This document shows positions 12,701-26,500 of a stretch of DNA of 64,000 bases, piece after piece (position 1 is the first letter of the stretch; every line of letters starts with the position of its first letter). A program made the translations under genes and the position numbers. Source of the DNA: Octopus bimaculoides (lineage: Eukaryota); assembly GCF_001194135.2 (NCBI RefSeq), contig NC_068983.1, positions 4,982,207 through 5,046,206 of the forward strand, read 5' to 3'. The notes under the pieces are model-generated. The model did no database searches. It had not been told where the DNA came from and saw only the letters and a program-made list of their open reading frames with translations.

Positions 12701-15700
12701 ATTCGCAAGGCTTTGCTCATCCTGAAGTTATGTCAGATGAGTGAAAATTCCATGCAGTGGGATTGAAGCTGGAACGACATTGCTGCATTGTTAACAAATC
12801 AGTTGTGTTCTTCACAGGCAATAACACATCATAGCAGGAATCGTTTGACCAATTTTCTGTTGCTTCTAGAATGATGACCTGACAAAGTTTTTTTCTACCA
12901 TACACTTGCCATACATTTGTATATACACATGGTACCCCTGCACGATGTTACGTTCGAGCAGAAAATAAATGGCTCCAAAACATTGAAACCATTGTTCTCC
13001 TTTGTTATCCCAGTGGTGATTCTGACCCCACTTGCCTAGATTTCTACATGAAGCAGCAACAGTTATGGTTGTTTTTCCCCCTGATAATTTGATCGTTTAT
13101 ACTTTTAATGTTTATCTGTCTTTCTTTCCTTCCTGTAAAAATATGTTGTTAATAAAAATCACAAGAATTACCATAAAAGATAGAAGAATAGTCTATTCCC
13201 TAATACAATTCTATATTTAAGAGATGAGGAATTATGTACATTATTTACATTTGGCGGATATTTGTCCTCATCTTGTTTGTTGTTAACACGTTTCGGCTGA
13301 TATAGCCTCCAGTCTTCATCAGGTGTCTTGGAGAAATTTTGAACTTGGGTTCTCATTCCTAAGGTATTTTTTGATATTATTATTATTATTATTATCATTA
13401 TTCAGGTCACTGCCTGGAATTGAACTTGGAATCTTGGAGTTAGTACCCCACGCTCTTAACCACTATGCCATATGCCTGTGGGCAATTATGGAGTGAATTT
13501 TGGGGCTTATAAATCTAATATTAAGGAAGGATAGGAAAATATTTGATTTATAAGCCCTAAAATTCACTCCATAATTGCCCACGGGCATATGGCATAGTGG
13601 TTAAGAGTGCGGGTTACTAACCCCAAGATTCTGAGTTCGATTCCAGGCAGTGGAATAATAATAACATTGAAAATTACCTTAGAAATGAGAAACCAGGTTC
13701 GAAATTTCCCCAAGACACCTGATGAAGGCTGGAGGGTATATCAGCTGAAACGTTATGTTAACAACAAACAAGATGAGGACAATTGCAGTGTGGAAGGTGT
13801 TTATAAGCCATTTAAGAAACACACAAAAACCGTTAGATTCACTTCAACACAGCTTATAAACACCTTCCACGCTGCAATTGTTTTCGTTCCAGCAAACAAT
13901 CTCAGATCAGGTCACTTGCTATGCAAGTACATCTCCGTAAAGATGAGGACAAATATCCATCAAATGTCAATAATGTAAATAAAGTCTGTTCCCTATTTTA
14001 TATTTTATTCCATGTGTTCTCTTTCTTTTTTTTTTCAAGTATTCAGTGATGATATCGGTGTCCTTGATATCCTTGATCCCACTCGTACTAAATTTATTCA
14101 ACCACAACAGTTATCTGGTTCAGCAGCCAAGCAACCTTCTATTGAGGTATATTCTTTTGAAGGTAAACACCATTTTATTTCGTTTATTTTTTTTTGGTAC
14201 TTTTTGGTTATCTCACCCCCATTAAAAAATTGGGTTATCTTCCCTGTTTTATGAGAAATATTGGTACTTTTGGTCCTCTCCCTCAATTGAAAAAATTGTT
14301 TAACCCTCAATGAAACAAAACAAAAAAAAACTGAAAAAATTATTAAACATGGAAAATGGAATGATAGAACTTCTTATTGAATCTGATATTTTTGTAACAA
14401 ACCATACCATTCCTATAAAGGAGGCCAAAAGTCAACAATGTGTTGAAGCATTGAATCAAAAGGATCTTCTAACTCTTTTAATCCAATCTCTTGTTGCCAC
14501 TTAAATTCAATTTTTTAGTCGGAAGAAAACCTAGTTTTTTAATGGCAATTTTNNNNNNNNNNNNNNNNNNNNNNNNNNNNNNNNNNNNNNNNNNNNNNNN
14601 NNNNNNNNNNNNNNNNNNNNNNNNNNNNNNNNNNNAGATAACCAAAAAGTACCATTTTTTTTTTCTATCTTCTACTTGTTTCAGTCATTAGACTGCAGCC
14701 ATGCTGGGGCACCACCAGGAACAATTTAAAGCCTGGTGCTTACTATGTTGTTCTCTCTTGCAGAACCACTAAGTTATGGGAATGTAAAAAAAAAAAGGGA
14801 CTAAAAGTGTGTGTGTGTACAATGGGCTTCTTTCAGTTTCCATCTACCTAATCCACTCACAAAGCTTTGATCAGCCAAGTGTGTGCATCTAGTCATCTAA
14901 TGAATCTTGGATGGAGAATCTTTAGAATGTCTTAGAAATCTCCACTGTGCCGCTAATAGATTGGATTTGGAGAATCCGTATTAGTTTCTTTTGTCCTTTC
15001 TTCAAAAAAACCTTGTATTTCTAAGTTTTTGTGTAAATTTGTATGTATGTATGTGTGTGGGTGTGTGAGCAAATATTTTCAACCTGCAGGTGAGCAATAT
15101 TACAAACAGTGATTTCATAGTTTTTAGCCATGCTACAAACGGCGATGTCACCCTTAGTGGTTTGGCTGCAATTGGTAACGTTTGTTGATATTTCCTGCTA
15201 AAATCTTCTATTAGCTTTGGGCTTTCAAATTCTTCTGGAGTTAGATTAGAGTTTCCTTTCTTAAAAAGAACTTGTAAGAATTGACAACAGGAGCATCCAG
15301 CCATTAAAATCTTAATACAAGTACCTTCTTGTCTAACCTTGACTATCATAGAAGAACAAATATGTTAAATGAACGAATGACAGTCGATATTCTGTTATGT
15401 CATTTTCTGGTTGAAATATGTTGACTTGTTTTAAACCAAATATCTCACCTGATACTCTTTCACCAGAAACATGGCTTTTGTTTAAATATTTACATACACA
15501 TAAATATGTGAAACATTTCAGCATTGCTAGTGAATGTATTTTAGATGTTGTGGAACAAAGGAAGAAAATGATGTCATCACAAACATATTTTCAGAAATTT
15601 CATCAGAAACATCATGACAAACTGTAACATTTCTAACCAAAACACTAGCAAAATACATATTTGTTTTTTAGCACAACGTCACTGTTTCGATAATAAATAT

Positions 15701-18700
15701 AAATTATATATTGAGTATATATCATATATATATATATATAAAATTAACAGAATGAGATAAAAAATCCAAGGGTGTGTATAGTTTCCAGAACATTTATAAA
15801 GAGAAAGTCTTACAGCTGTTTCCGGGATATTTTATATATCCCTTCATCAGAGGCAGTGTGAGAAAATGTTTAAGTAAATAGTTATTATAGAGAATATATG
15901 AAATACAGAGTGAAGTGGAGGAATGAAAACAGACGTGAGATACGTAAGGATATTGTATGTGCAGTTCCATTATTTAAGCAGAATGGTGTATATATAAGTT
16001 TCCTGTACCTTTTGATGTGAATACCTCTTATACCCTATATATATATATATGTCTATATATATATATGTATATATATATATATGTATATATCAAAAAGATG
16101 TGTTATAATGCTGTTCCACATATACAAAAACCGCAATACCAACTATCCAACATACCTCCATCATCNNNNNNNNNNNNNNNNNNNNNNNNNNNNNNNNNNN
16201 NNNNNNNNNNNNNNNNNNNNNNNNNNNNNNNNNNNNNNNNNNNNNNNNNNNNNNNNNNNNNNNNNNNNNNNNNNNNNNNNNTCATCATCATCATCATCAT
16301 CGTTTAACGTCCGCTTTCCATGCTAGCATGGGTTGGACGATTTGACTGAGGACTGGTGAAACCGGATGGCAACACCAGGCTCCAGTCTGATTATATATAT
16401 ATATATAGGTGGCAAGCTGTCAGAATCATTAGCATGCTGGTGGAAATGTTTAGCAGTATTTCATCTGCAGCTACATTCTGAGTTCAAATTCCTCTGAGGT
16501 CAACTTTGCCTTTCATTCTTTTGGGGGTCAATAAATTAAGTACCGGTGAAACACTGGGGTTGATGCCAGTTCTGCGTGATTGCCCCTCATGCTGGTGGTA
16601 CATAAAAAGCACTCACTACACTCTTGGAGTGGTTGGTGTTAGAAACCTTGCCAGATCAGATTGGAGCCTGGTGCAGCCTCCTGGCTTGACAGTACTCAGT
16701 CAAACCATCCAACCCATGCCAGCATGAAAAGCGGACGTTAAACGATGATGATGATGATATATACATACTTACACACACACACATATATATATGTAAAATG
16801 ATTGAATGTAAAATATTTTGACAATTTCATCAAAACATTAGTTTCAAATTTTAGCACATGGGCAGCAAATTTGGAGGAAGGGGTAAGTCGATTACATTGA
16901 CCTCCAGTTCTGAACTGGTACTTATTTTATCGACCCGGAAGGATGAAAGGCAAAGTCGACCTTGGTGGAATTTGAAATCAGAACTCCGGACGTAAAGGAG
17001 GTAGGACATGGAACAATATCAAGTTGCCAGAAGGGAATTTAGATTCTTTTATCTTTTACTTGTTTCAGTCTTTAGACTGTGACCATGCTGGAGCACCACC
17101 TTAGACCAAATCAACCCCTGTACTTTTTAAAAATCCTGGTACTTATTCTAATAGTCTCTTTTTGCTGAACCACTAAGTTACAGGGGATGTAAACACACCA
17201 ACACCAGTTGTCAAGCAGTTTTGGAGGTACAAACACTGGCACGAAGACACATACACACTCACTCGTATATACGACATGCTTCTTTCAGTTTCCTTCTCTG
17301 AAATTCACTCACGAGGTTTGGTCAGCCCAAGGCTATTGTTGAAGTTGCTTGCCCAAGATTCCACGAACTTCTATATTCGGCACCCTCAATCCAACCCACT
17401 CACCCAGTCCATGCCCTGACACATCTTTGCCTTCATCTTTTTACTGCTTTCCTCATCTCACCACACCTGAAGTAAGAAACTCTGTTTGCTGCACCATGTC
17501 ATGTTTCCCTGGTTTTGTCGGTTTCAAATGGTCATCCATGCTTCTGTAACTTAGCTTTCACTAAGGTAGCGGTGTCGGCTCCACACAAACCCATTCTACT
17601 TCTGGGAAGATGTGATCCATATTAGCTTGGCCTTTATCCTTTGATCTGCCCAGTATTAGAGGCTTTCTCTGTTGACATAATTCTCTGGATCATTGAGGCA
17701 CATCACAAGAAGGATGGCACCTTGTGGTGGAAATCCACACTCTGCCAGACCACAATTGATCGTCTGACCAACACACATCCACATATTACACAAGCTTCCT
17801 CCCACTACTTCAAGTCAGTGTTCCATGATAACTATCCTTGGCAGTACGTGTACTTCATCCTTGTCTCATCAGAAACAAATGGCTGAAAGAATACTCTCAG
17901 TTACGTCCCTTGACACATAAAGGTCTCACAGCTCTCAAATCCTCTGAGTGGTTCACGCATAAATGCACCCCAGCTCCCTAATAACCACGGAGAAAATCGT
18001 CCATTCCTATACACTGGATATAAGTCTGAGTAAACAGGGGAGATAACTAGAAGATATCCTTGAGAGAAATGTGTAACTGATGAATAGTGGGGTTGCAGTG
18101 TTATGCATCCATATATAACCAGATAAATGCTGTTGAGACATTCAGTATGAGATTAATCATCATCATCATCATAGCCATCACCATTTAAAGTCCATGTTCC
18201 ATGCTGACAGGGATTGGTTAATTTGATAGTATCTGATGACTCCAGGGACTAGATTGTTCTGTATTTTTTGGAGATGAGGAATTCTGCACATCATTTACAT
18301 TGGACGGATGTGTCATCTTGTTTGTTGTTAACACAACGTTTTGGCTGATATACCCTCCAACCTTCATCACGTGTCCTGGTGACCAGGAGACCTAGTGCAG
18401 ATATGAATACCATATGGGAACCGGTATTAAGGAAGGATATAAAGATATTAGGTTTATAAGCCCTAAAATTCACTCTATAATTGTCCCCGGGCATATAGCA
18501 TAATGATTCCGAGTTCAATTCCAGGCAGTACCTTGAATAAATAATGATAATAATAATAACATCAGCAATAATACCTTAGGAATGAGAATTGGATATAAGT
18601 CTGAGTAAACAGGGGAGATAACTAGGGTTGGGTTCAAAATTCCACCAGGACACCTGATGAGGGCTGGAGAGTAAATCAGCCAAAACGCTGTGGTAACAAC

Positions 18701-21700
18701 AAACAAGACGAGGACACATATCTGTCCAATATAAATAATGTGGCAGGGTTTCTATAACGCCAGCCACTCTACAGAGTGCCTCCAGCATTAATGAATTCGC
18801 CATTTACGAAGATTCTACATGGTCACTTGACTTTCTAGAAATAGTAAACTCCCATTGTATACAATGTTTACTTGGTGCCACGTTTCAGGTAATCCTTGCC
18901 TGGGATTGATCTCAGAACCCCTAGGTGACTGCAATGCCTTTATGTATGATAGATGTGTGTATGTGGGTGTGTGTATGTGTATATGCGAATGTAGGCAAAC
19001 GGATATGAAAGTTAACAGATAGACATACAGACGGATAGGTACGTAGGTAATAGGAATAGACTAGCACACATACAACAAGGAAGAATGAAACACACGACCA
19101 CACACACACACACACTTCACTTCACACAAGGACACATATGGAGACACACATCCACACATACAGATACAGTCGCAAAAAAACCATACACAGACACAGACAC
19201 ACTCAGATATGCATGCACAAGGAGACAGGTACACACACACACACACATGCAAACAAACACATACACACGTAAAAACACACAAACACATGAGTATGCAAAA
19301 TACATACATACAAACGTACACACATACATACATATATACATACGCGCACACGCACGCACACATACGTGCATACACGTCTATGCACACACACACACACACA
19401 CTGATCCACACACACACACACTGATCCACACACATGCGCACAAACAAAAAGAATGCAGCTTGAATGACGGACAGAGTTAACAACTATTGAAAAGGTTGCA
19501 AGATGCAACGAAAGTTCTAGAAAAATACATAAGTAAATGAATGGAAATTTTACCGGTGTGTGTGTTAAATTATAAGGCACTAAAAGAAAATGACCCCCCC
19601 CCAACACCACAGAATATCAAGGGAAATAATTGTTATAAGTTAGTAGAAGTTGTTTCCCCTCGATCGATAAACTTGCATTGTTGCCAGGTAAGCTGGAATG
19701 GTGCTTTAATTATCCTCTAAACCTGGTTCCCAACCTGTGGTTCGCAAAGGTAGTACTAGGGGTCCGTAGGAAAACTCATTTGAATAAAAGAGGTCCTTGG
19801 TAGTGAAAAGGGTGGGAACCACCACTCGAAATAATTGATTTCTACCGTTATAGGGATACTGGAAATCTTTGAGGTCCACTTCACCAATGCCATTTTAAAC
19901 CCAAATTAAACAATGCAAATAATGTGATGGTAGTAATTCCTCACATCATTCACCTCACTCGTCCATATCTGTGCGGTCAGTCATTACTCTTGCATATAGT
20001 AATGACTGACCATCCAATTACTCTCTCGGCTCATCTGTTCTGTTTATTTCATCAAGTTAACGTCACATGTCCAATGGATCATACCAGCAGTGCTGGATTA
20101 GCCATTTAGCAAAATAAGCAGGTGCTTCGGGCATTCAGGGAAGAAATGGTAAATGGTTTACAGCATGAAATAAAATCACTTTAAACTTGCTAAAGTAATG
20201 TTTTCCAAGTGTTCTTGGTGTCGTAGTAAGGATCTGATCAAAGCCTTTGCAGTTGAGAAAAGTAGGAGAAATCTTTTCAAATATAAATAAAGTGAAAGAA
20301 CATTAATCTGTCGACTATCATGGGTGTTATGTTCCAACCCCTCCCCCCGCGATAGGTGAAAGTCCGCAAAGTAGAAACAGAACAAATTATTTTTATAATT
20401 TGTATATATTTGGTGGCACGTAAAAAGCACCAAAGTCAGGTCTGCCTGACTGGCTCCCATGCTAGTGGCATGTAAAAAGTACCAACTGAATGTGGCTGAT
20501 GCCAGTACCTCCAGACTGGCTCCTGTGCTGGTGGCACGTAAAACGCACCATCCGAACGTGGTTGACACCAGGTTCGCCTGACTGGCTCCCGTGCTGGTGG
20601 CACATAAAAAGCACCAACTGAACATGGCAGATGCCAGTACCCCCTGACTGGCTCTTGTGCTGGTGGCATGTAAGAAGCACCATCCAAACTTGGCTGATGC
20701 CAGTACCCATTGATGGCCCCCATGCTGGTGGCATGTAAAAAGCACCATCTGAACGTGATCTATGCCAGATCTGCCAGACTGGCTCCTGTGCCAGTGGCAC
20801 GTAAAAAGCACCCACTATACTCTCGGAGTGGTTGGCATTAGGAAGGGCATCCAGCTGTAGAAACATTGCCAGATCAGATTGGAGCCTGGTACAACCACTG
20901 GCTCTCCAGACCTTAGTCAAACCATCCAACCCATGCCAGCATGGAAAACAGACGTGAAACGATGATGATGATGATGATTATTTTATTAGAAATGCAAAAA
21001 AACACCATGGAGGAATCAACATAAGCTTAAATAATAAACCGTGATAGATGAACTGCGATATGGCAATAGATTACTGCGCACAAAAATAAACTTTATTTTC
21101 CATTTTACCGTTAGTTTTGTTCCATTTTGAAAAACAGAGATTTATTTCATGCTTAATTATTGTTTATATCTTGAACTACACCCATATGAGAGTACCAGAA
21201 TCTTTCAAGTGCTTTGGGCTTCTATGGTTCTTAAACCAGTCCTGGATTATGCACAATTCCTTTCTCTTCAGTAACCCCTTCTACTCTTTCCGTTTTTATT
21301 GTCTGTGTTTCACAACCTAGCAGTACCCCACCACACGCACACACATACACACACACACACACACACACATAGACTTTCTAGTTTATACAGTCTCTGTATT
21401 TGGTTTTATGATTAAAATTTTCTCTGTTTGTGTATCATTTTAGCCCTGAAACAGATGAAATCAAAAGAACCATCTGACCCAAAGCAAACCACTGACGCTA
21501 ATGTGAGTGATCTCATAGGTCTCTCTTTTTCTATAAAGAATATTTTGTTTTTCTGGAAAGCTTGAAGATGAAAAGTATCAGTTTTTTTTTACAATCATAG
21601 AAGCACTGATGTGTTTAACCCTGTTGTTACCATAATTCTGTTGAAATCCATTACCTTTGTTTCCCTTAATTAAGTAAAATATATTTTGTCATTATTAAGC

Positions 21701-23544
21701 TGGTGTAAGGTGGTGATCTGGCAGAATCGTTAGCATACTGGACAAAGTGCTTAGCACTATTTCGCCTGTCATTACATTCTGAGTTCAAATTCCACCGAGG
21801 TCAACTTTGCCTTTCATCCATTCGGGGTCAATGAAATAAGTACCAGTGAAACATTAGGGGGTGGGGGGTGTCGATGTAATCGATTTGTCCCTTCCCCCAA
21901 AATTTCAGGCCTTGTGCCTAAAGCAGAAAGGATTATTAAGCTGGTGTTTGGAAGGTTTTAATTTAGATCACTTTAACCCTTTTGTTACCATATTTCTGTT
22001 GAAATACATTACTTTTGCTTAAATCAATTTTGAAAGTAATGACAAGGAATTTAGAAGAATATCTTTGTCATTATTTAACTGGTGTTTGGAACATAAATGA
22101 ACCTGAAATTTTGATGGAAGATTCCAATTTAGATCCTTTAAAACAGGAAGTTTGTGTCAAAGGATCAAAGGATAGTTTCAAGGGGATTGCAATCCAAAGA
22201 GTTAAAGGAAAGAATTGGAAAATTTTGTCTGCCATCATCATCATCTTCTTCATCATCATGTAACTTCCATTTTCCATGCTGGCATGGGTTGGATGGTTTG
22301 ACTGAGGTCTGGAGAGCCAGCGGCTGCACCAGGCTCCAATCTGATCTGGCAAAGTTTTTACAGTTGGATGCCCTTCCTAACACCAGCCACTCCAAGAGTG
22401 TAGTGGGTGCTTTTTACGTGCCACCAGCACAGGAGCCAGTCAGTGGGTACTGGCAACGATCACATTTGGATTTTGCTTTTTATGTATAGAATGAGTTTCT
22501 ACTCATTTACTGTCTAATAAATCCACACAGAGGACAATTAATCAGCTTGGGATTATAGTAGAAAACAATTGCTTAAGGTGCCACGGTGGGATTGAAACCA
22601 CATGGTTGCAATGTGAACTTCTTAAATCACACAGCCACACCTTGTATACTTTACTATTATTAGAATTACAAAACCTCATCTTTAACCCTTTCATTACCAA
22701 CCTGGCTGAAACCAGCTCTGGCATTGTAATACAAATGTCTTGTTTTCATAAGTTCTGAATTAAAATCTTCCACCAAGCCTTAGTCACAATTTATGTTCCT
22801 AACACCAGCTGAATGATAACTAAGTTATTTTACTAAATTCTTTGTTATATTTAAAGTAATTGAGAGAAACAAAGAGCATCTCAACAGAATTATGGTAACA
22901 AAAGGGTTAAAATATATAATAGAGAAACAATTCTTAACCCTTTTATACCAATCCAGCCGAAACTGCTTCTGGCTCTGAGTATAAATGTCTTGTTTCCATG
23001 AATTTTGAATTAAAATCTCCCATGAAACCTTAGTCACAATTTATGTTCCTAGCACAAGCTTAATGATAACTAAGTTATTATCCTAAATTCTTTGTTATAT
23101 TTAAAATTAATTGAAAGAAACACAGAACATCTCAAAAGAAATACAATAACGAAAGGGTTAAAGTGCCATACAGTGGGATTGACACCACATGGTTGCAACA
23201 TGAACTCCTTAAATCATACAACCATGCCTTGGATAAGTCTACTATCATTAAAATTACAAAACCTCATCTTTAAATACTTGAGATTTATTGAAATGTTTGT
23301 TGATTTCTATATTGATTAAGTGCCCAGTTGACTCCATATATTTCCATTTTGTATTTCTGTCTCTTCACTATATTGTACACAGTCTGTATGTTTGTATATG
23401 TGTTATTTAGCCAGCCACCAGCTGGTCTTAATTCCATGGTATGACTATTAAGCACAATTTCCCAGCCACAGAAAACACATATTTATATTTTCCAGTTTTA
23501 GTATTGCAACAGACAAACTAAAAAAATGACAGCTGTTTCAGCTG

Positions 23545-23583
<39 letters not shown>

Positions 23584-26500
23584 GNNNNNNNNNNTACGGC
23601 AACAGATCAATAAACAAGCTGGTATAAATACTTTTAATAAAATGGCTACAAAGACTAAAGTTGAGGTTGGAAATATAGAATAATAATGAGAAGCCTAAAG
23701 CACAGTCACTTTCGAAATTAATTAATTATTGTTTTGGCTTGTGTGTGTGTGTTGTTTGCAAGTAACATGTGTTGGCCAGGCATGTTTGCATGGAAGATTG
23801 GAAATGAAGGACATGATTTGTATGATGAGGACACTGACACACTCACACACTCAAGCTCACACACACAAACACACACACACAAATATGTGTGTATACGTGT
23901 GTATATACTATGGGCTTCTTTCAGTTTCTGTCTCTTACACATTCACTCACAAAGCTCTACTTGGCCCAAGGCTGTAGTGGAAGACATTTGCCCAAAATAC
24001 CATGCAACGGAACTGAAGATGAATCCATGTGGTAGGGAAGCAACTGTCTTACGGACACACACACACACACACATACACACACACACACATGGCTTTGTGG
24101 TAAGAATCTTACTTCTCAGTCACATAGTTCCAGGTTCAGTCCCACTGCATGGTACCTAGGGTAAGTGTCTTCTACTATAGCCTTAGGTCAACCAAAGCCA
24201 TCTGTGTGGATTTAGTAGATGGAAACTGAAAGAAGCCTGTCATGTGTGTGTGTGTGTGTGTCTTTGTGTCTGTGGTTGTCCCGCTCTACTGTTTGACAGC
24301 CAGTGTTGGTGTGTTTACATCCCCGTAATTTAGTGGTTTGGCCAAAGAGACTGATAGAATAAGTACTAGGCTTTTAAAAAGAATATAATTACTGGGGTCG
24401 ATTCATTTGACTAAAAATTCTTCAAGGCAGTGCTCTAGCATGGCCACTGTCTTATGACTGAAATAAGTAAAAATGGAAAAGAAGATATGTGTATTGCATT
24501 ATTTAATAATTTATATATATATATATCATTATATGTATGTATATATATATATTTACATATATCTATATGTGTGCGTGTATATATATATTTATATATATAT
24601 ATGTATTCACACGTGTGCACACGCACATGATGGCTTTCTTTTAGCTTTGCTCTCCGAAAGCCACTCACAAGGCTTTGGTCAGCTCAGGGCTATAGTGAAA
24701 GCCATTTTGCTCAAGGTGCCATGCAATGGGACTGAACCCAAGACCACATTGTCACTGCTGTCCCTTATTAAAGTAATCCATTTTTTGTTTATCCTTTCAG
24801 AGCAGAGTGACATCAGAAGATGCTGCAAACTCTGAGAAACACAAGTCTCTGAATGATGGAATCTACTCGGACTACTCAAAATTAGACAGTGGGAGCAGTG
24901 AAACACAACCAAAAGCTCAGACATATCAAACCAAGTAAACCTCAATAACTTTGGTTATTAACATTTTTCACAATTACATTGTTATTTCCAGTGGTCTAGT
25001 GGTTAGGGTATTTTGTTTGCAATCATAAGGGCCAGGGTTCAATTTCTGGAATAGGCAGTATGTTTTTTTTTTTTTGAACAAGTAACTTCATTTCATAATA
25101 GCTTCAGTCTACTCAGTTGTAAATAATTATCAGATGGTTGTCTTTCAAGTTGCTTGGTGGCCCTGTCGATGCTGGTGCCACATAAAAAGCACCCAGTGGG
25201 CTCTGTAATGTGGTTGGTGTTAGGGAGAACATCCAGCTGTAGAAACCATGCCAAAACGGACAACGGCTTCTGTCAAACCATCAAATTCGTGCTAGCATGG
25301 AAAACGGATGTTAAATGATGATGATAATGATGGTGGTGGTGGTGGTGGTGCTGCTACTGTTTATGGTAGTGATGGTGCTGGCATAGCTCTCCTTACCTCC
25401 AGCTATTACGTCCTAAATGTGCCCCTGAGTGAACAGTGTTGGGACTTAGACGATGGTCGTGTCAGCTCATGATTACATAATCACCGTAAGCAATCGATGA
25501 AAACATGGTCCATACGAGTCTACACTTTTGAGATGAGGAATTATGGAGATTATTTACAATGGACAGACAGATGTCCTCACCCTGTTTGTTGTTACCACAA
25601 CGTTTCGGCTGATTTACTCTCCAGCCTTCATCAGATGATCTGCTGGGCATGTAGCACAGTGGATAAGAGTGCTGGCTACTAAATTTCGGATTCTGAGTTC
25701 AGTCCCAAGCAGGGACTTGAGAAATAATATCAACAGATAAAAAATAAAATAATATCAGCAAAAAAAAAAAAAAAAATTAATATCTTAGGAATGAGAACAG
25801 AGTCAAATAAAGGGTTGGGTTTGAAATTCCACCAGGACACCTGATGAAGGCTGGAGAATACACTAGAGGAAACATTGTGGTAACAATAAACAAGGTGGGG
25901 ACACCTATTTGTTCATTGTAAATAATGTTATCAATTCATACACTCTGCAAATAATGGCTGGTTGTATAGAACCAAAGTCATTCACCAATCACTATCATCA
26001 TCATCGTTTAATGTCCGTTTTCCATGCTGGCATGGATCGGACGGTTTGACTGAGTTCTGGAGAGCCAGAAGGCTGCACCAAGTTCCAATCTGATCTGGCA
26101 ATGTTTCTACAGCTGGATGCCCTCCCTAACAGCAACCCCTCCGAGAGTGTAGTGGGTGCTTTTTATGTGCCACTGGCACAGGGGCCAGTCAGTGGGTACT
26201 GGCATTGATCACGTTTGAATGGTGCTTTTTATGTGCCATAACTTTGTGAAAACATGACTGAGACACAAAATCTTATAAAAAGTACCACGAACATGGCAGA
26301 AAGTGTCTGGATAATTTTCACATTTAAAAAGAATCTTTTATCTTCTATTTTTTACTTGTTTTATTCATTAGACTGAGGCCATGCTGGGGCACCGCCATGA
26401 AAAGTTTTTAGTTGAATGTATCAACCCCAGTACTCCCTTTTTTTTTAAAGCTGCATACTTATTCTGTTAGTGCCCTTTGCCAAACCACTAAGTTACAGGG

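Noticed and set aside
13575-13650. tRNA-like sequence as a genuine tRNA gene
   Set aside because: Acceptor and anticodon stems imperfect, multiple diverged copies, embedded in a repeat; treated as a tRNA-derived cassette
15002-15627. Coding-looking ORFs on both strands
   Set aside because: No recognisable homology; only 15090-15174 (+) fits the CEP72 splice phases
20176-20929. 211-aa and 155-aa minus-strand ORFs with repeated motifs
   Set aside because: Translations of the 66-bp minisatellite (22 codons per unit); no splice or homology support
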